Shown: positions 1-10,687, counted from the stretch's first letter. The stretch: DNA of 64,000 bases from an uncultured Acidobacteriota bacterium (GCA_963772255.1 CAVYWK010000021.1:211462-275461); one strand, 5' to 3'. Notes: generated from the sequence alone by a model not told the origin. Numbers and translations: made by a program.

Positions 1-108
1 CATGTGCGGCATGGCCACGTTGGCCACGGAGGTGTCCACCACCTCCATGAAGGTTCCGAGCATGGCCGTGAGGGCGATGAGGTATTTGTTCTCGGTGCTC
101 ATGGACAT
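1..108 (-). CDS. emrB: DHA2/EmrB-family MFS efflux permease, N-terminal fragment (runs off the window)
   Basis: Manual translation MSMSTENKYLIALTAMLGTFMEVVDTSVANVAMPHM matches the EmrB TM1 motif (GtFmevlDtsIaNVA). GGAGG SD lies upstream. Not in the ORF track. Confidence 0.85.
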   Translation of the reverse strand, partial: MSMSTENKYLIALTAMLGTFMEVVDTSVANVAMPHM

Positions 109-193
109 GACCCGCCCTCCGACGAGGGAGTTTAGCGCGCCGATCACCCCCGTGAACAGGAGGCCGGGGAGGCGCGGCATTCCCCTGTCCTCG

Positions 194-243
194 TCTTGAC
201 CCTTTCTTGACGCCGATCGGAGCGCTCTTAACACCCTCTTGAC
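194..243 (+). promoter_or_regulatory. Putative KdpE (OmpR-family) binding boxes: four TCTT(G/A)AC direct repeats
   Basis: TCTTGAC at 194 and 205, TCTTAAC at 226, TCTTGAC at 237. These form two pairs with 11-bp periodicity, upstream of the kdp operon. Confidence 0.7.
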
Positions 244-381
244 GGGAAGGGCTCTAGCTTGTGCGGCGAGGAGATGAGGCGATGGATGCGAAGAGGGTCC
301 GTTTCGCGGGAATCAGCTCCTGGGGTTTGGCTGCCCTGGAGGAGTTTCACGGCCGACTCGGAAAGGCTGAGAGGTGACGAC

Positions 382-474
382 ATGAACGTGATCTATGCGC
401 TCGGATCCAGCACGCTGTGCATCCTGGTGATCTACCTGCTCTACCGGTTTGGAAAGACCGAGGACGAGGCATGA
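382..474 (+). CDS. Small single-TM peptide, divergent KdpF-like (30 aa)
   Basis: MNVIYALGSSTLCILVIYLLYRFGKTEDEA; GAGGTG SD; stop overlaps the next ATG (ATGA). Confidence 0.6.
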   Translation: MNVIYALGSSTLCILVIYLLYRFGKTEDEA

Positions 475-554
475 TGGACCTTCTGTTGATCGGAACGGTC
501 GTGGGTCTCTTTTGGTCTCTGATCAAGTTCGTCGACTTTTTGAGCCAGCTGTGA
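471..554 (+). CDS. Small hydrophobic peptide upstream of kdpF (27 aa)
   Basis: MMDLLLIGTVVGLFWSLIKFVDFLSQL; translationally coupled to the previous ORF; GAGG upstream. Confidence 0.6.
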   Translation: MMDLLLIGTVVGLFWSLIKFVDFLSQL

Positions 555-564
555 GGGAACCGTC

Positions 565-660
565 ATGAACGCTTTCTACTATGCCGCAGGAGCCGTCGCC
601 GCCACGGCGCTCCTGATCTACCTTTTCTTGGCGCTGCTCAAGCCCGAGTCCCTGCAATGA
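565..660 (+). CDS. kdpF: K+-transporting ATPase subunit F
   Basis: [31 protein letters not shown] has the KdpF YLxxALxxPE pattern; ATGA overlap with kdpA. Confidence 0.85.
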   Translation: MNAFYYAAGAVAATALLIYLFLALLKPESLQ

Positions 661-2459
661 CTGCCAACGCATGGTTGCAGATCGCGCTCCTGTTCGGCTT
701 GGTCGTGGCGCTGGTGAAACCGCTCGGCTGGTACATGGCGCAGGTCTACGAGGGAAAGCCCTGCGGCCTCGACCGCGCCTTCGGGCCACTGGAGCGCCTC
801 GTCTACCGCCTCTGCCGGATTGATCCCGGCGAGGAGATGGATTGGAGGACCTACGCCAAGGCCATGCTCCTTTTCAACCTCTTTGGCCTCCTGGCGGTGT
901 ATGCACTCCAGCGCATTCAAGGCTTCCTGCCCCTGAACCCAGCCCACCTCGGAGCGGTGGCCCCGGAATCCGCCTTCAACACGGCCATCAGTTTCGCCAC
1001 CAACACCAACTGGCAGGGGTACGCGGGCGAGAACACCATGAGCTTCCTCACGCAGATGGCGGGGCTCACCGTGCAGAACTTCCTCTCGGCGGCCTCGGGC
1101 ATGGCCGTCCTGGTGGCCCTCATCCGGGGCATCGTAAGGCGCCGGGAGGAGACCATCGGGAACTTTTGGGCGGACATTGTCCGCGGCACGCTTTACATCC
1201 TCCTACCCTTGTCCCTGATCCTCGCCATGGCCCTCGTCTCCCAGGGCGTCGTCCAGACCCTCTCCGGCCCCAAGGATGTCCAGCTCCTGCAGCCCGTGAC
1301 TTACGACCAGCAGAAGACCGACGACGCCGGCACGCCGGTGACCGACGGGGCAGGGAAGCCGGTCATGGAGTCGGTCACCGTGAGTCGCCAGAGTCTTCCC
1401 GTGGGTCCCATGGCCTCCCAGGAAGCCATCAAGGAACTGGGCACCAACGGCGGCGGGTTCGTCAACGTCAACTCGGCCCACCCCTTCGAGAATCCTACGC
1501 CCCTCTCGAACCTCCTCGAGATGCTCGCCATTCTCGCGATTTCTGCGGGGCTCTGCTTCACCTTCGGGGCCATGGTGGGAGACCGGCGGCAGGGTTGGGC
1601 GCTCCTGGCGACCATGTTCATCCTCCTGGTGCCCCTCCTCCTGTTTTGCGCCTGGCAGGAGCAGGGCGGCAACCCCGCCCTGGCGCGGCTCGGCGTGGAC
1701 GACAGGCCGTCGGCCCTTCAAGCGGGCGGCAATATGGAGGGGAAGGAGGCCCGGTTCGGCATCACGAACTCGGCTACCTGGGCTTCCATTACCACGGCCA
1801 CATCCTGCGGCGCCGTCAATTCCATGCACGACTCCTTCACGCCCCTCGGCGGGCTCGTGCCGCTGTTCCTCATGCAGCTCGGCGAGGTGGTCTTCGGCGG
1901 CGTGGGTTCGGGCCTCTTCGGCATGCTCCTCTTCGTGATCATCGCCGTGTTCACGGCGGGCCTCATGGTAGGACGGACGCCCGAGTATCTGGGGAAGAAG
2001 ATCGAGCCCTACGAAATGAAAATGGCTGCTCTTGGCATCCTCGTCATGCCCGTGGTGGTCCTCCTGGGGACCGCGGTGGCGTGCGTCACCAGAGCTGGGC
2101 TCGCAGGTCCGGCCAATCCTGGCGCGCACGGTTTCAGCGAGATCCTCTACGCCTTCACCTCGTGCGGCAACAACAACGGGAGCGCCTTCGCCGGGTTGGG
2201 CGCGAACACGCCCTTTTACAACCTTCTCCTCGGGGTGGTCATGCTCGCGGGCCGATTCCTCGTGAAGATCCCTGTCCTGGCCATCGCGGGGTCACTGGCC
2301 AAAAAGAAGTCCATCCCCGTGAGCGCGGGCACGCTGCCCACCCACACCCCCCTCTTCGTGCTCTGGGTGGTCGCCGTGGTGATCATCATGGGCGGCCTCA
2401 CCTTCTTCCCCGCGCTTTCGCTCGGCCCCATCGCCGAGCACCTTTCGCTCTTCCACTGA
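657..2459 (+). CDS. kdpA: K+-transporting ATPase subunit A
   Basis: Motifs [34 protein letters not shown]; 600 aa. Confidence 0.97.
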   Translation: MTANAWLQIALLFGLVVALVKPLGWYMAQVYEGKPCGLDRAFGPLERLVYRLCRIDPGEEMDWRTYAKAMLLFNLFGLLAVYALQRIQGFLPLNPAHLGAVAPESAFNTAISFATNTNWQGYAGENTMSFLTQMAGLTVQNFLSAASGMAVLVALIRGIVRRREETIGNFWADIVRGTLYILLPLSLILAMALVSQGVVQTLSGPKDVQLLQPVTYDQQKTDDAGTPVTDGAGKPVMESVTVSRQSLPVGPMASQEAIKELGTNGGGFVNVNSAHPFENPTPLSNLLEMLAILAISAGLCFTFGAMVGDRRQGWALLATMFILLVPLLLFCAWQEQGGNPALARLGVDDRPSALQAGGNMEGKEARFGITNSATWASITTATSCGAVNSMHDSFTPLGGLVPLFLMQLGEVVFGGVGSGLFGMLLFVIIAVFTAGLMVGRTPEYLGKKIEPYEMKMAALGILVMPVVVLLGTAVACVTRAGLAGPANPGAHGFSEILYAFTSCGNNNGSAFAGLGANTPFYNLLLGVVMLAGRFLVKIPVLAIAGSLAKKKSIPVSAGTLPTHTPLFVLWVVAVVIIMGGLTFFPALSLGPIAEHLSLFH

Positions 2460-2470
2460 GGAGTCATTTG

Positions 2471-4543
2471 ATGTCCTCCCGCACAAAGGCCATTCCGCTC
2501 TTCGATTCCGCGCTCAACCGTGAGGCCGCCTGGCAGGCCGTACTCAAGCTGTCCCCGCGCCACATGGTCCGGAACCCCGTCATGTTCGTGGTCGAGGTGG
2601 GCGCCGCCTTCTCCACGCTTCTCTTCGTCACCGCGATCCGCGGCCACGGGGAGGCGCCCACAGGGTTCATCTTCGCCGTCTGCCTCGGCCTGTGGTTCAC
2701 GTTGCTCTTTGCCAACTTCGCCGAAGCGGTGGCCGAGGGACGAGGTAAGGCCCAGGCTGCCACCTTGCGCAAGGCGCGGAGGGAGATCCCCGCCAAGTTT
2801 CTCGTGGAGCCCAAGTACGGCGCGAAGTGGGCGCTCATCCCGTCCGCGAACCTGAGGAGGAACGACAGCGTCCTCGTGGAGGCTGGGGACCTCATCCCCT
2901 GCGACGGAGAGGTCGTGGACGGGATCGCCTCCGTGAACGAGGCGGTCATCACGGGCGAGAGCGCCCCGGTCATCCGGGAGAGCGGCGGCGACCGGAGCAC
3001 GGTCACGGGGGGAACCCAGGTCCTCTCCGACTGGCTCGTGGTCCGCGTGACCGCCGACCCCGGCCAGACCTTCCTCGACCGCATGATTGCTCTCGTAGAG
3101 GGCGCCCGCCGGCAGAAAACCCCCAACGAGATCGCCTTGGATATCTTGCTCGCCGGGCTGAGCATCATCTTCCTGCTGGTCACGGTCACCTTACTTCCGT
3201 TCTCCATCTATGCCGTCAAGAGCTCGGGCGCCGGGGCCGCGATCACGGTCACCACCCTTCTCGCCCTCTTGGTATGTCTGCTTCCGACCACCATCGGGGG
3301 GCTCCTCTCGGCCATCGGCATCGCGGGCATGAACCGCCTCATCCAGGCCAACGTCATCGCCCTGTCGGGCCGCGCCGTCGAGGCGGCGGGCGACGTGGAT
3401 GTCCTCCTCCTCGACAAGACGGGCACGATCACGCTGGGCAATCGGGAAGCGGTGGAGTTCGTTCCCGCCCCCGGCGTGGAGGAGCAGGCTCTGGTGGACG
3501 CGGCCCAGCTCGCCTCCCTCGCCGACGAAACACCGGAGGGACGCAGCATCGTGGTCCTCGCCAAGGAGCGGTACGGGCTTCGCGGCCGCGACATGGCCGC
3601 GCTCGGTGCCACCTTCGTGCCCTTCAGCGCCAACACACGCATGAGCGGGGTCAACCTCGACGGCCGGCAGATCCGGAAAGGTGCCGCCGACGCCGTCGAA
3701 GCCCACGTCGCAAAGCTCGGCGGCGCGGTCCCGGCGGAGGTCCGGCGGGCCGTGGAGCGCGTGGCGCGAGACGGAGGCACGCCCCTGGTCGTCTCGGACG
3801 GCGCGGTGGTCATGGGGACCATCCACCTCAAGGACATCGTCAAGGGCGGAATCAAAGAGCGCTTCGCGGAACTGAGGCGCATCGGCATCAGGACCATCAT
3901 GATCACGGGTGACAATCCCCTGACGGCCGCTGCCATCGCGGCCGAAGCGGGCGTGGACGACTTCCTCGCACAGGCCACGCCGGAGAACAAGCTTTCGCTC
4001 ATCAGGGAGTACCAGGCGAAGGGGCACCTCGTGGCCATGACCGGCGACGGGACCAACGACGCTCCCGCACTCGCCCAGGCCGATGTGGCCGTGGCCATGA
4101 ACTCTGGAACCCAGGCGGCGAAAGAGGCGGGCAACATGGTGGACCTGGACTCCAATCCCACCAAGCTCCTCGAGGTCGTGAGCATCGGCAAGCAGCTCCT
4201 CATGACCAGGGGCGCGCTCACGACCTTCTCTATCGCCAACGACGTGGCCAAGTACTTCGCCATCATCCCGGCCGCTTTCGTCGTGACCTACCCCGGACTG
4301 CAGGCGCTGAACGTCATGCATCTCGCCACGCCCCAGAGCGCCGTGCTCTCGGCGGTCATCTTCAACGCCCTCATCATCGTGGCCCTCATCCCACTGGCCC
4401 TGAAGGGCGTGAAATACCGTCCCGTGACGGCTTCACACCTCCTCCGCCAGAATCTCATCTTCTATGGCCTGGGCGGCCTGCTCCTCCCGTTCCCCGCCAT
4501 CAAGCTCATCGACATGGCCCTCGTGGCCCTGCACCTGGCGTGA
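2471..4543 (+). CDS. kdpB: K+-transporting P-type ATPase subunit B
   Basis: TGES, DKTGT and GDGTND motifs. The true start is ATG 2471 after GAGGAG; the track ORF is over-extended at its 5' end. Confidence 0.97.
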   Translation: MSSRTKAIPLFDSALNREAAWQAVLKLSPRHMVRNPVMFVVEVGAAFSTLLFVTAIRGHGEAPTGFIFAVCLGLWFTLLFANFAEAVAEGRGKAQAATLRKARREIPAKFLVEPKYGAKWALIPSANLRRNDSVLVEAGDLIPCDGEVVDGIASVNEAVITGESAPVIRESGGDRSTVTGGTQVLSDWLVVRVTADPGQTFLDRMIALVEGARRQKTPNEIALDILLAGLSIIFLLVTVTLLPFSIYAVKSSGAGAAITVTTLLALLVCLLPTTIGGLLSAIGIAGMNRLIQANVIALSGRAVEAAGDVDVLLLDKTGTITLGNREAVEFVPAPGVEEQALVDAAQLASLADETPEGRSIVVLAKERYGLRGRDMAALGATFVPFSANTRMSGVNLDGRQIRKGAADAVEAHVAKLGGAVPAEVRRAVERVARDGGTPLVVSDGAVVMGTIHLKDIVKGGIKERFAELRRIGIRTIMITGDNPLTAAAIAAEAGVDDFLAQATPENKLSLIREYQAKGHLVAMTGDGTNDAPALAQADVAVAMNSGTQAAKEAGNMVDLDSNPTKLLEVVSIGKQLLMTRGALTTFSIANDVAKYFAIIPAAFVVTYPGLQALNVMHLATPQSAVLSAVIFNALIIVALIPLALKGVKYRPVTASHLLRQNLIFYGLGGLLLPFPAIKLIDMALVALHLA

Positions 4544-4551
4544 GGCCGACT

Positions 4552-5128
4552 ATGAACAAGCAAGTGATTTCGGCTGCCCTGTCCATCCTGGTCCTCACTC
4601 TGCTGACGGGCATTGTCTACCCTCTGGCGGTGACGGGCATCGCCGCCCTCGTCTTTCCTGCGAAAGCGTCGGGAAGCCTCATTCATAGGGCATGGCGCCG
4701 TCATCGGCTCGACCTTGATCGGTCAGCCCTTCTCGGACCCCCGTTACTTCTGGGGCCGGCCTTCGGCCACCGCTCCATTTCCTTACAACGCCGCCCTCTC
4801 CACAGGCTCCAACCTGGGGCCCACCAATCCCGGCCTGCTAGATGGCGTGAAGGCGCGCGTCGAGGCCCTGCGGGCCGCCGATCCCGGCAACACGGTCCCC
4901 GTTCCCGTGGACTTGGTGACGGCCTCTGCGAGCGGCCTCGACCCGGACATCAGCCCCGCCGCCGCCTACTACCAAGTCCACCGCGTGGCCAAGGCACGGG
5001 GGACCAGCGAAGAGGAAGTGCGGAGGCTCGTGGCGTCGCGGGTCAAGGGGCGGACCTTCGGCTGTCTCGGAGAGCCCAGGGTGAACGTCCTCGAGCTGAA
5101 TCTCGCCCTGGATCGCGCGGTTCACTGA
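4552..5128 (+). CDS. kdpC: K+-transporting ATPase subunit C (frameshift near 4690)
   Basis: N-terminal TM ([10 protein letters not shown]), then [27 protein letters not shown] and [11 protein letters not shown] in another frame. Confidence 0.92.
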
Positions 5129-5210
5129 CCTGAGAGCACCGGGAGCGAAGCATTTTGGACTTGTGCCATAATCGGTGCCAGCACGCGGCGGTCTATTCCA
5201 GGGGAACGCG

Positions 5211-7913
5211 ATGGATCGACGGCCCAACCCGGACGAACTGCTGGCCCAGATCAAGGACGATGAGACGCGTCGGGGAAGGGGCCGGCTCAAGGTCTTCTTC
5301 GGCTCGGCGCCCGGCGTCGGCAAGACGTTCGCCATGCTCGAGGCGGCCCGCATCCAGAAGGGCGAGGGCGTGGACGTGGTCGTCGGATGGGCGGAGACCC
5401 ACGGCAGGAGCGAGACGGCCGCCCTCCTCGAGGGCCAAGAAATCCTCCCTGCGCGCCTCCTCAGTTACAGGGGTCGCGAGCACAAGGAGTTCGACCTGGA
5501 CGCCGCACTGGAGCGGCGGCCGGCCCTGATCCTCGTGGACGAACTCGCCCACACCAACGCTCCAGGGTCCAGGCACGCCAAACGGTGGCAGGACGTCCGA
5601 GAGCTCCTCGCCTCCGGCATCAGCGTGTACACGACCCTGAACGTTCAGCACATCGAGAGCCTCAACGGCGTGGTGGCGCAGATCACCGGCGTCTCCGTGG
5701 CCGAGCGCGTTCCCGACTCGGTTTTCGAGGAGGCTGACGAGGTGGAGCTCGTGGACCTCCCGGCGGATGAGCTCATCAAGCGCCTGAAGGAGGGAAAGGT
5801 CTACTTCCCCCAGCTCGCCGAGCAGGCCCTTGAGAACTTCTTTCGCGCGGGCAATCTGATTGCCCTCCGGGAACTGGCCCTCAGACAGACGGCCGACCGC
5901 GTGGACGTCCAGATGCAGCGCTACCGCAAGGACCACGCCGTGGGCCAGACCTGGCCCACGGCCGAGAGGGTCCTGGTGTGTCTTGGGGCAAGCCCTTACG
6001 GACAGCACCTCGTCCGGTCCGCCAAACGATTGGCGGACCGGCTGAGGGCGGAGTGGATCGCCCTGTACGTGGAGACTTCGGCTCAAGGCAGGATCGCCGA
6101 ATCGGACCGGGAGCAGTTGGAGCGCACGCTGCGTCTGGTGGAACAGCTGGGGGGCAAGGCCGTGACCCTCCCCGGAGAGAACACGGCGGAGGAAATCCTG
6201 GCCTTCGCCAGCGCGCGCAACGTCACCAAGATCCTCCTGGGGAAGCCGCCCCGCGCGCCATGGTTCGGTCTCTCCCGACCGGGCTTTGTGGACTCGGTGA
6301 TCCGGAACAGCGAGGGCATCGACGTCTACATCATCGGGGGCAACGCCGAGGAACGGCTCGCGAGGATCCGCAGCGCCCACAGGCCCTCTCGCCCCTGGGG
6401 CCCTTATCTTTATGGCCTGGCCGTGGTGGGGCTATCGAGCCTCGTGGCCGCGCTGCTCCATCCCTTCGTGGAGCCCGTGAACCTCGCCATGATCTACCTG
6501 CTCGGTGTGGTGTTCGTCGCCACCCGGTTGGGAGTGGGTCCGTCGGCGTTGGCCTCGGTGGTCAGCGTGGCCCTGTTCGACTTTCTTTTCGTCCCGCCTT
6601 ATCTGACTTTCGCGGTCGGCGACTCTCAGTACCTCATCACCTTCATGGTCATGCTGGTGGTCGCGCTCCTGATCAGCAACCTCGCCGCGAGGGCCAGGCT
6701 CCAGGCCGACCGCGCCCGGGAGGCCCAGCGTCGGACGGAGGCCATGGTGGGTCTGACTCAGGACCTGGCCCGGGCCCGGGATTCCAAGGGCGTGGCCGGC
6801 GTGGCGGTGCGACACCTCTCCGATCTTTACGGCGCCCAGGCCGCCGTGTTTCTCTCCGACGGGCTGGGGGGCCTCGATCTCCTCGCCGAGCAGGATGCCT
6901 CGTTCGCTCTTCGCAGTGACGAGATGAGCGTGGCGCGCTGGGCCTTTCATCACCGCCAGCCGGCGGGGTTGGACACCGACACGCTCCCCGGGAGCGATGC
7001 CATATATTTTCCCATGGAGGCCTCGGAAGAGATTCTCGGCGTGGTGGGAATCCGTCCCCAGCGGCGCCCCGGGGAGAGCGCCTTCGAAGACCGCCACCGC
7101 ATGGAGGCCGTGGCGAGTCAGACCGCCCTCGCCATGGAACGGGCCCTCCTGTCGGAGCGGGCCAGAAAGGCCCAGATGGAGGCCGAGGCCGAGCGCCTGC
7201 GAAGCGCCCTCCTCAGCTCCGTGTCCCACGACTTCAGGACGCCCCTGGCCTCCATCGTGGGCGCCTCCAGCGCCATGGCTTCTGGGGAGCTCAAGCCGGA
7301 AGAGATCCGGGAGCTGGCCCAGTCGGTCTACGAGGAGTCCCTCCGCCTGAGCCGCTTCGTGGCGAACCTCCTGGAGTTGACCCGCCTCGAGTCGGGCACC
7401 GTGGACGCCAAGCGCGAGCTCCAGCCCATCGAGGAGGTCGTGGGCCCCGCCCTGGAGCGGGTCAAGCCGCGCCTTGGAACGAGGGAGGTGGTGGTGGATC
7501 TGCCCGACTCCCTCCCCATGGTGGCCATCGACGCCAGGCTCATGGAGCAGCTCTTCATCAACCTGCTGGAGAACGTGGCTCGCCACACTCCCGATGGCAC
7601 GCGCGTGGACATCCGCGCCTCTTCCAAGGACGGCATCCTGCGCGTGGCTGTGGAGGACCGGGGCCCAGGCCTTCCCCCGGGTTCCGAGGCGCGCGTCTTC
7701 GAGAAGTTCTACCGGGCCTCGGACCGGGTGGAGGGTGCGGGCCTGGGGCTGGCCATCTGCCACGCCATCGCAGCGGCCCACGGCGGCACCATCACCGCCT
7801 CCAATCGCCCTGGCGGCGGGGCTTCCTTCGTGGTGACCCTGGCGGCCGGCGCCTTGCCCGCAGAGCCCGGCGGAGGGGGCGCCCCTCCTGAGGCCCTGGG
7901 AGGCGTCCCATGA
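5211..7913 (+). CDS. kdpD: Osmosensitive K+ sensor histidine kinase
   Basis: GxAPGVGKT, LVDELAHTN, Usp domain, 4 TM, GAF, H-box SHDFRTP, HATPase. Confidence 0.96.
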   Translation: MDRRPNPDELLAQIKDDETRRGRGRLKVFFGSAPGVGKTFAMLEAARIQKGEGVDVVVGWAETHGRSETAALLEGQEILPARLLSYRGREHKEFDLDAALERRPALILVDELAHTNAPGSRHAKRWQDVRELLASGISVYTTLNVQHIESLNGVVAQITGVSVAERVPDSVFEEADEVELVDLPADELIKRLKEGKVYFPQLAEQALENFFRAGNLIALRELALRQTADRVDVQMQRYRKDHAVGQTWPTAERVLVCLGASPYGQHLVRSAKRLADRLRAEWIALYVETSAQGRIAESDREQLERTLRLVEQLGGKAVTLPGENTAEEILAFASARNVTKILLGKPPRAPWFGLSRPGFVDSVIRNSEGIDVYIIGGNAEERLARIRSAHRPSRPWGPYLYGLAVVGLSSLVAALLHPFVEPVNLAMIYLLGVVFVATRLGVGPSALASVVSVALFDFLFVPPYLTFAVGDSQYLITFMVMLVVALLISNLAARARLQADRAREAQRRTEAMVGLTQDLARARDSKGVAGVAVRHLSDLYGAQAAVFLSDGLGGLDLLAEQDASFALRSDEMSVARWAFHHRQPAGLDTDTLPGSDAIYFPMEASEEILGVVGIRPQRRPGESAFEDRHRMEAVASQTALAMERALLSERARKAQMEAEAERLRSALLSSVSHDFRTPLASIVGASSAMASGELKPEEIRELAQSVYEESLRLSRFVANLLELTRLESGTVDAKRELQPIEEVVGPALERVKPRLGTREVVVDLPDSLPMVAIDARLMEQLFINLLENVARHTPDGTRVDIRASSKDGILRVAVEDRGPGLPPGSEARVFEKFYRASDRVEGAGLGLAICHAIAAAHGGTITASNRPGGGASFVVTLAAGALPAEPGGGGAPPEALGGVP

Positions 7914-8608
7914 GTCCCGTGGCCCCCCTCATCCTCATCATTGAGGACGAGCCCGGAATCCGGCGCTTCCTCCGGGTCACGCTGGCCAGCAGCGGCTACA
8001 GGACCGTCGAGGCGTCCTGCGCCGAAGACGGGCTCAAGCGCGCCGCCCTGGAGAGACCGGACCTGGTGGTCCTGGACCTGGGACTTCCCGACCGCGACGG
8101 CATGGATGTCTTGCGGGACCTGCGCGAGTGGAGCTCGGTGCCCCTCCTGGTCCTCACCGCTCGCGAGTCGGAAACCTCCAAGGTGGAGGCCCTGGACGCC
8201 GGCGCCGACGACTACCTGACCAAACCCTTCGGGGCCGCCGAACTCCTGGCGCGGATCCGCGTGGCCCTGAGGCACGCGCTCCGGGCGAGCACGCCGCAGG
8301 ATCCCGTGTTCGTCACCGGCGACCTGAGGGTGGACCTGGCGGCGCGGGTGGTCACCGTGGCCGGTCAGGAAGTGCACCTCACGCCCATCGAGTTTCGGCT
8401 CCTGGCCACCCTGGCCAAGCACGCCGGCAAGGTGCTGACTCACCGCCAGCTTCTCAACGCCGGGTGGGGGCCCGAATACGGGTTCGAAGCCCACTACCTC
8501 CGCGTGTACATGGCCCAGCTCAGGCGCAAGATCGAGGCCACTCCCGCGCAGCCCAGGTACCTTCGAACCGAGCCCGGCGTGGGCTACCGGCTCGTCGCGG
8601 AAGGCTGA
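7910..8608 (+). CDS. kdpE: OmpR-family response regulator KdpE
   Basis: REC (LDLGLPD, DYLTKPF) plus winged helix (HYLRVYMAQLRRKIE, TEPGVGYR); overlaps the kdpD stop. Confidence 0.95.
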   Translation: MSPVAPLILIIEDEPGIRRFLRVTLASSGYRTVEASCAEDGLKRAALERPDLVVLDLGLPDRDGMDVLRDLREWSSVPLLVLTARESETSKVEALDAGADDYLTKPFGAAELLARIRVALRHALRASTPQDPVFVTGDLRVDLAARVVTVAGQEVHLTPIEFRLLATLAKHAGKVLTHRQLLNAGWGPEYGFEAHYLRVYMAQLRRKIEATPAQPRYLRTEPGVGYRLVAEG

Positions 8609-8705
8609 GCGCGGACACCTCGCAGCTGGCGCGCAGAAGGAGTTCTGGCCGCAATCCGGTGCCCGCCGGAGCTCGATTGGTGCCTCATCCCCGATCCCGC
8701 GTACC

Positions 8706-10061
8706 TCATCCCACCTTCACCTCCGGAAGGTGCTTGAGCGACTCCTCGATGGCCTGGGCCGGGTAGGCGAAGTCTTCCAGCGTCCCGTTCAGAAACGCCT
8801 CGTAGGCCCCCATGTCGAAGAGCCCGTGACCGCTGAGGTTGAAGAGGATCGTCTTGGAGGTGCCCTCCTCCTTGAGCCGGGCCGCCTTTCGGATCACCGC
8901 GGCGATGGCGTGGCACGACTCGGGGGCGGGCACGATGCCCTCGGTCCTGGCAAAAAGCTGGGCCGCCTTGAAAATCTCCGTCTGCTCCACGGACTCCGCG
9001 GCCACGAGGCCCTGGTTGAGCAGCGCGCTCACGATGGGCGCTGCGCCGTGATAGCGAAGTCCGCCGGCGTGCACGGCGGGGGGCATGAAGTCGTGGCCCA
9101 GCGTGTACATCTGCATGATGGGCGTGAGCCTGGCCGTGTCCCCGTAGTCGAAAGCGAACTTGCCTCGCGTGAGGCTGGGGCAGGAGGCCGGCTCCACGGC
9201 GATGGCCGTCACGTCCTTGCCCGCGAATTTCTCCCGCAGGAAGGGGATGGCGATACCCCCGAAATTGGAGCCGCCCCCGTGGCATCCGTAGATGAAATCG
9301 GGGTAGTCGTCCACCAGGGCCATCTGCTTCATGGCCTCCTGGCCGATGACCGTCTGGTGCAGGAGGACGTGGTTCAGGACGGACCCGAGGGCGTAGTTGG
9401 TGTCGGACCGCCCCGCGGCCTCCTCCACGGCCTCGCTGATGGCGAGCCCGAGGCTGCCGGGAGTATCGGGGTGCGAAGCAAGCATGTCGCGCCCGGCCTG
9501 CGTCAGGTCGCTGGGGCTCGCCACCACCTCCGCGCCGAAGAGCCGCATGAAGGTCCGCCGGTAGGGTTTCTGGGTGAAGCTGATCCTCACCATGTAGACG
9601 CGCAGGTCCATGTCGAACTGCTGGCACGCGAAGGCCAGGGAGCTTCCCCACTGCCCCGCGCCCGTCTCCGTGGTGAGGCGGTTGATGCCGCTGATCTTGT
9701 TGTAATACGCCTGGGGCACGGCGGTGTTGGGCTTGTGGCTGCCCGCGGGCGAAACCCCCTCATACTTATAGTAGATCCGCGCCGGCGTGCCCAGGGCCTT
9801 CTCGAGCCGATGCGCCCGGATGAGGGGCGTGGGGCGCCACAGGGAGAGGATCTCCATCACCGGCTCGGGGATGTCGAAGAATCGCTGGGGGCTCATCTCC
9901 TGTTCAAGGAGCGGCCCGGGGAAGATGCGCAGCATCTCGTCGGGCGTCACGGGCGAGCCGGTGACGGGGCTGATGGGCGGTGCCATGGGGACGGGCATAT
10001 CGGCCAGGATGTTGTACCACTGCTTGGGCATGTCTTTCTGGGATAGGAGAATCTTGTCCAT
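8706..10061 (-). CDS. trpB2: TrpB2 (TrpB-like PLP enzyme, tryptophan synthase beta type 2)
   Basis: GSHKPNTA PLP-lysine, TETGAGQWG, HAGGLRYHG, N-terminal PKQWYNI typical of TrpB2. No trpA is adjacent. Confidence 0.92.
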   Translation of the reverse strand: MDKILLSQKDMPKQWYNILADMPVPMAPPISPVTGSPVTPDEMLRIFPGPLLEQEMSPQRFFDIPEPVMEILSLWRPTPLIRAHRLEKALGTPARIYYKYEGVSPAGSHKPNTAVPQAYYNKISGINRLTTETGAGQWGSSLAFACQQFDMDLRVYMVRISFTQKPYRRTFMRLFGAEVVASPSDLTQAGRDMLASHPDTPGSLGLAISEAVEEAAGRSDTNYALGSVLNHVLLHQTVIGQEAMKQMALVDDYPDFIYGCHGGGSNFGGIAIPFLREKFAGKDVTAIAVEPASCPSLTRGKFAFDYGDTARLTPIMQMYTLGHDFMPPAVHAGGLRYHGAAPIVSALLNQGLVAAESVEQTEIFKAAQLFARTEGIVPAPESCHAIAAVIRKAARLKEEGTSKTILFNLSGHGLFDMGAYEAFLNGTLEDFAYPAQAIEESLKHLPEVKVG

Positions 10062-10091
10062 GGGGCCTCCTCGTCAAACTTCGGACACCAA

Positions 10092-10120
10092 CAAAAAAGC
10101 CCCCCGTCTCCGGAGGGCTC
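10092..10120 (-). terminator. Intrinsic attenuator terminator in the trpB2 leader
   Basis: Minus strand GAGCCCTCCG-GAGA-CGGGGGGCT-TTTTT, about 30 nt upstream of the trpB2 ATG. Confidence 0.85.
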
Positions 10121-10140
10121 GCTTCTCGCCTGCGGTGCGG

Positions 10141-10251
10141 CTACGCCGCGTCTCCGCGCCCCCCAGATGTTCGAACGCACCACCACCCCCAGACCTGAAC
10201 AGGGGCCCGTGCGGTGAGTGTCAGGAAGAACGTCGAATCGGTTCTCGCCAT
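10141..10251 (-). CDS. trpL: Trp leader peptide (36 aa, WGWW)
   Basis: MARTDSTFFLTLTARAPVQVWGWWCVRTSGGRGDAA with GGAG SD; followed directly by the terminator and trpB2. Confidence 0.8.
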   Translation of the reverse strand: MARTDSTFFLTLTARAPVQVWGWWCVRTSGGRGDAA

Positions 10252-10269
10252 GGCCGACTCCAAGGCGTC

Positions 10270-10298
10270 ATTTTCTGAGAGAGCCTCAGGCCTGTCAA
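10270..10298 (-). promoter_or_regulatory. Sigma70-type promoter for trpL-trpB2
   Basis: TTGACA-17 bp-GAAAAT on the minus strand, about 20 nt before the leader ATG. Confidence 0.7.
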
Positions 10299-10339
10299 GA
10301 CCGCCGGCGAACGACAGGGGCGCGTGCCCACCCCATCTC

Positions 10340-10687
10340 TCAAGGCCCATCCGAGCCCTGCGGTTCCTCGAAAAGCCGCTCGAGAACCACGCGCTCCACG
10401 GGATCGATCTCGATGAACTCCACTCCCATGTCGAACTGGGGGCCGTGCGGTCGCTCGTAGACGACCCGGGCTTTGGCCTCGAGGACGCGACCCTGGACGG
10501 AGATGAACATGTTCAGGAGGGTCCCCGCTCCCCAGGCCTCGTCGCTGATGAACATGCACCCGCCCAAGCCGACTTCCCGGGTCTTGCTGAAAGCGCCGAC
10601 GGTATCATCCTGGAGTTTTTTCACGAAGACTGGGTTCTCCGAGGGGATTCTGGGAAACCGGCGCTGGTTGGCATAAGTCTCGGGCAT
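10340..10687 (-). CDS. PilZ-domain protein
   Basis: QRRFPR (RxxxR), a degenerate ExGxGG second motif, ARVV and MGVEF; 115 aa. Confidence 0.8.
   Translation of the reverse strand: MPETYANQRRFPRIPSENPVFVKKLQDDTVGAFSKTREVGLGGCMFISDEAWGAGTLLNMFISVQGRVLEAKARVVYERPHGPQFDMGVEFIEIDPVERVVLERLFEEPQGSDGP

Noticed and set aside
842-2470. N-terminal ~540 aa of the 1233-aa track ORF as a KdpB fusion
   Set aside because: It is an off-frame shadow of kdpA; KdpB starts at 2471 after its own SD.
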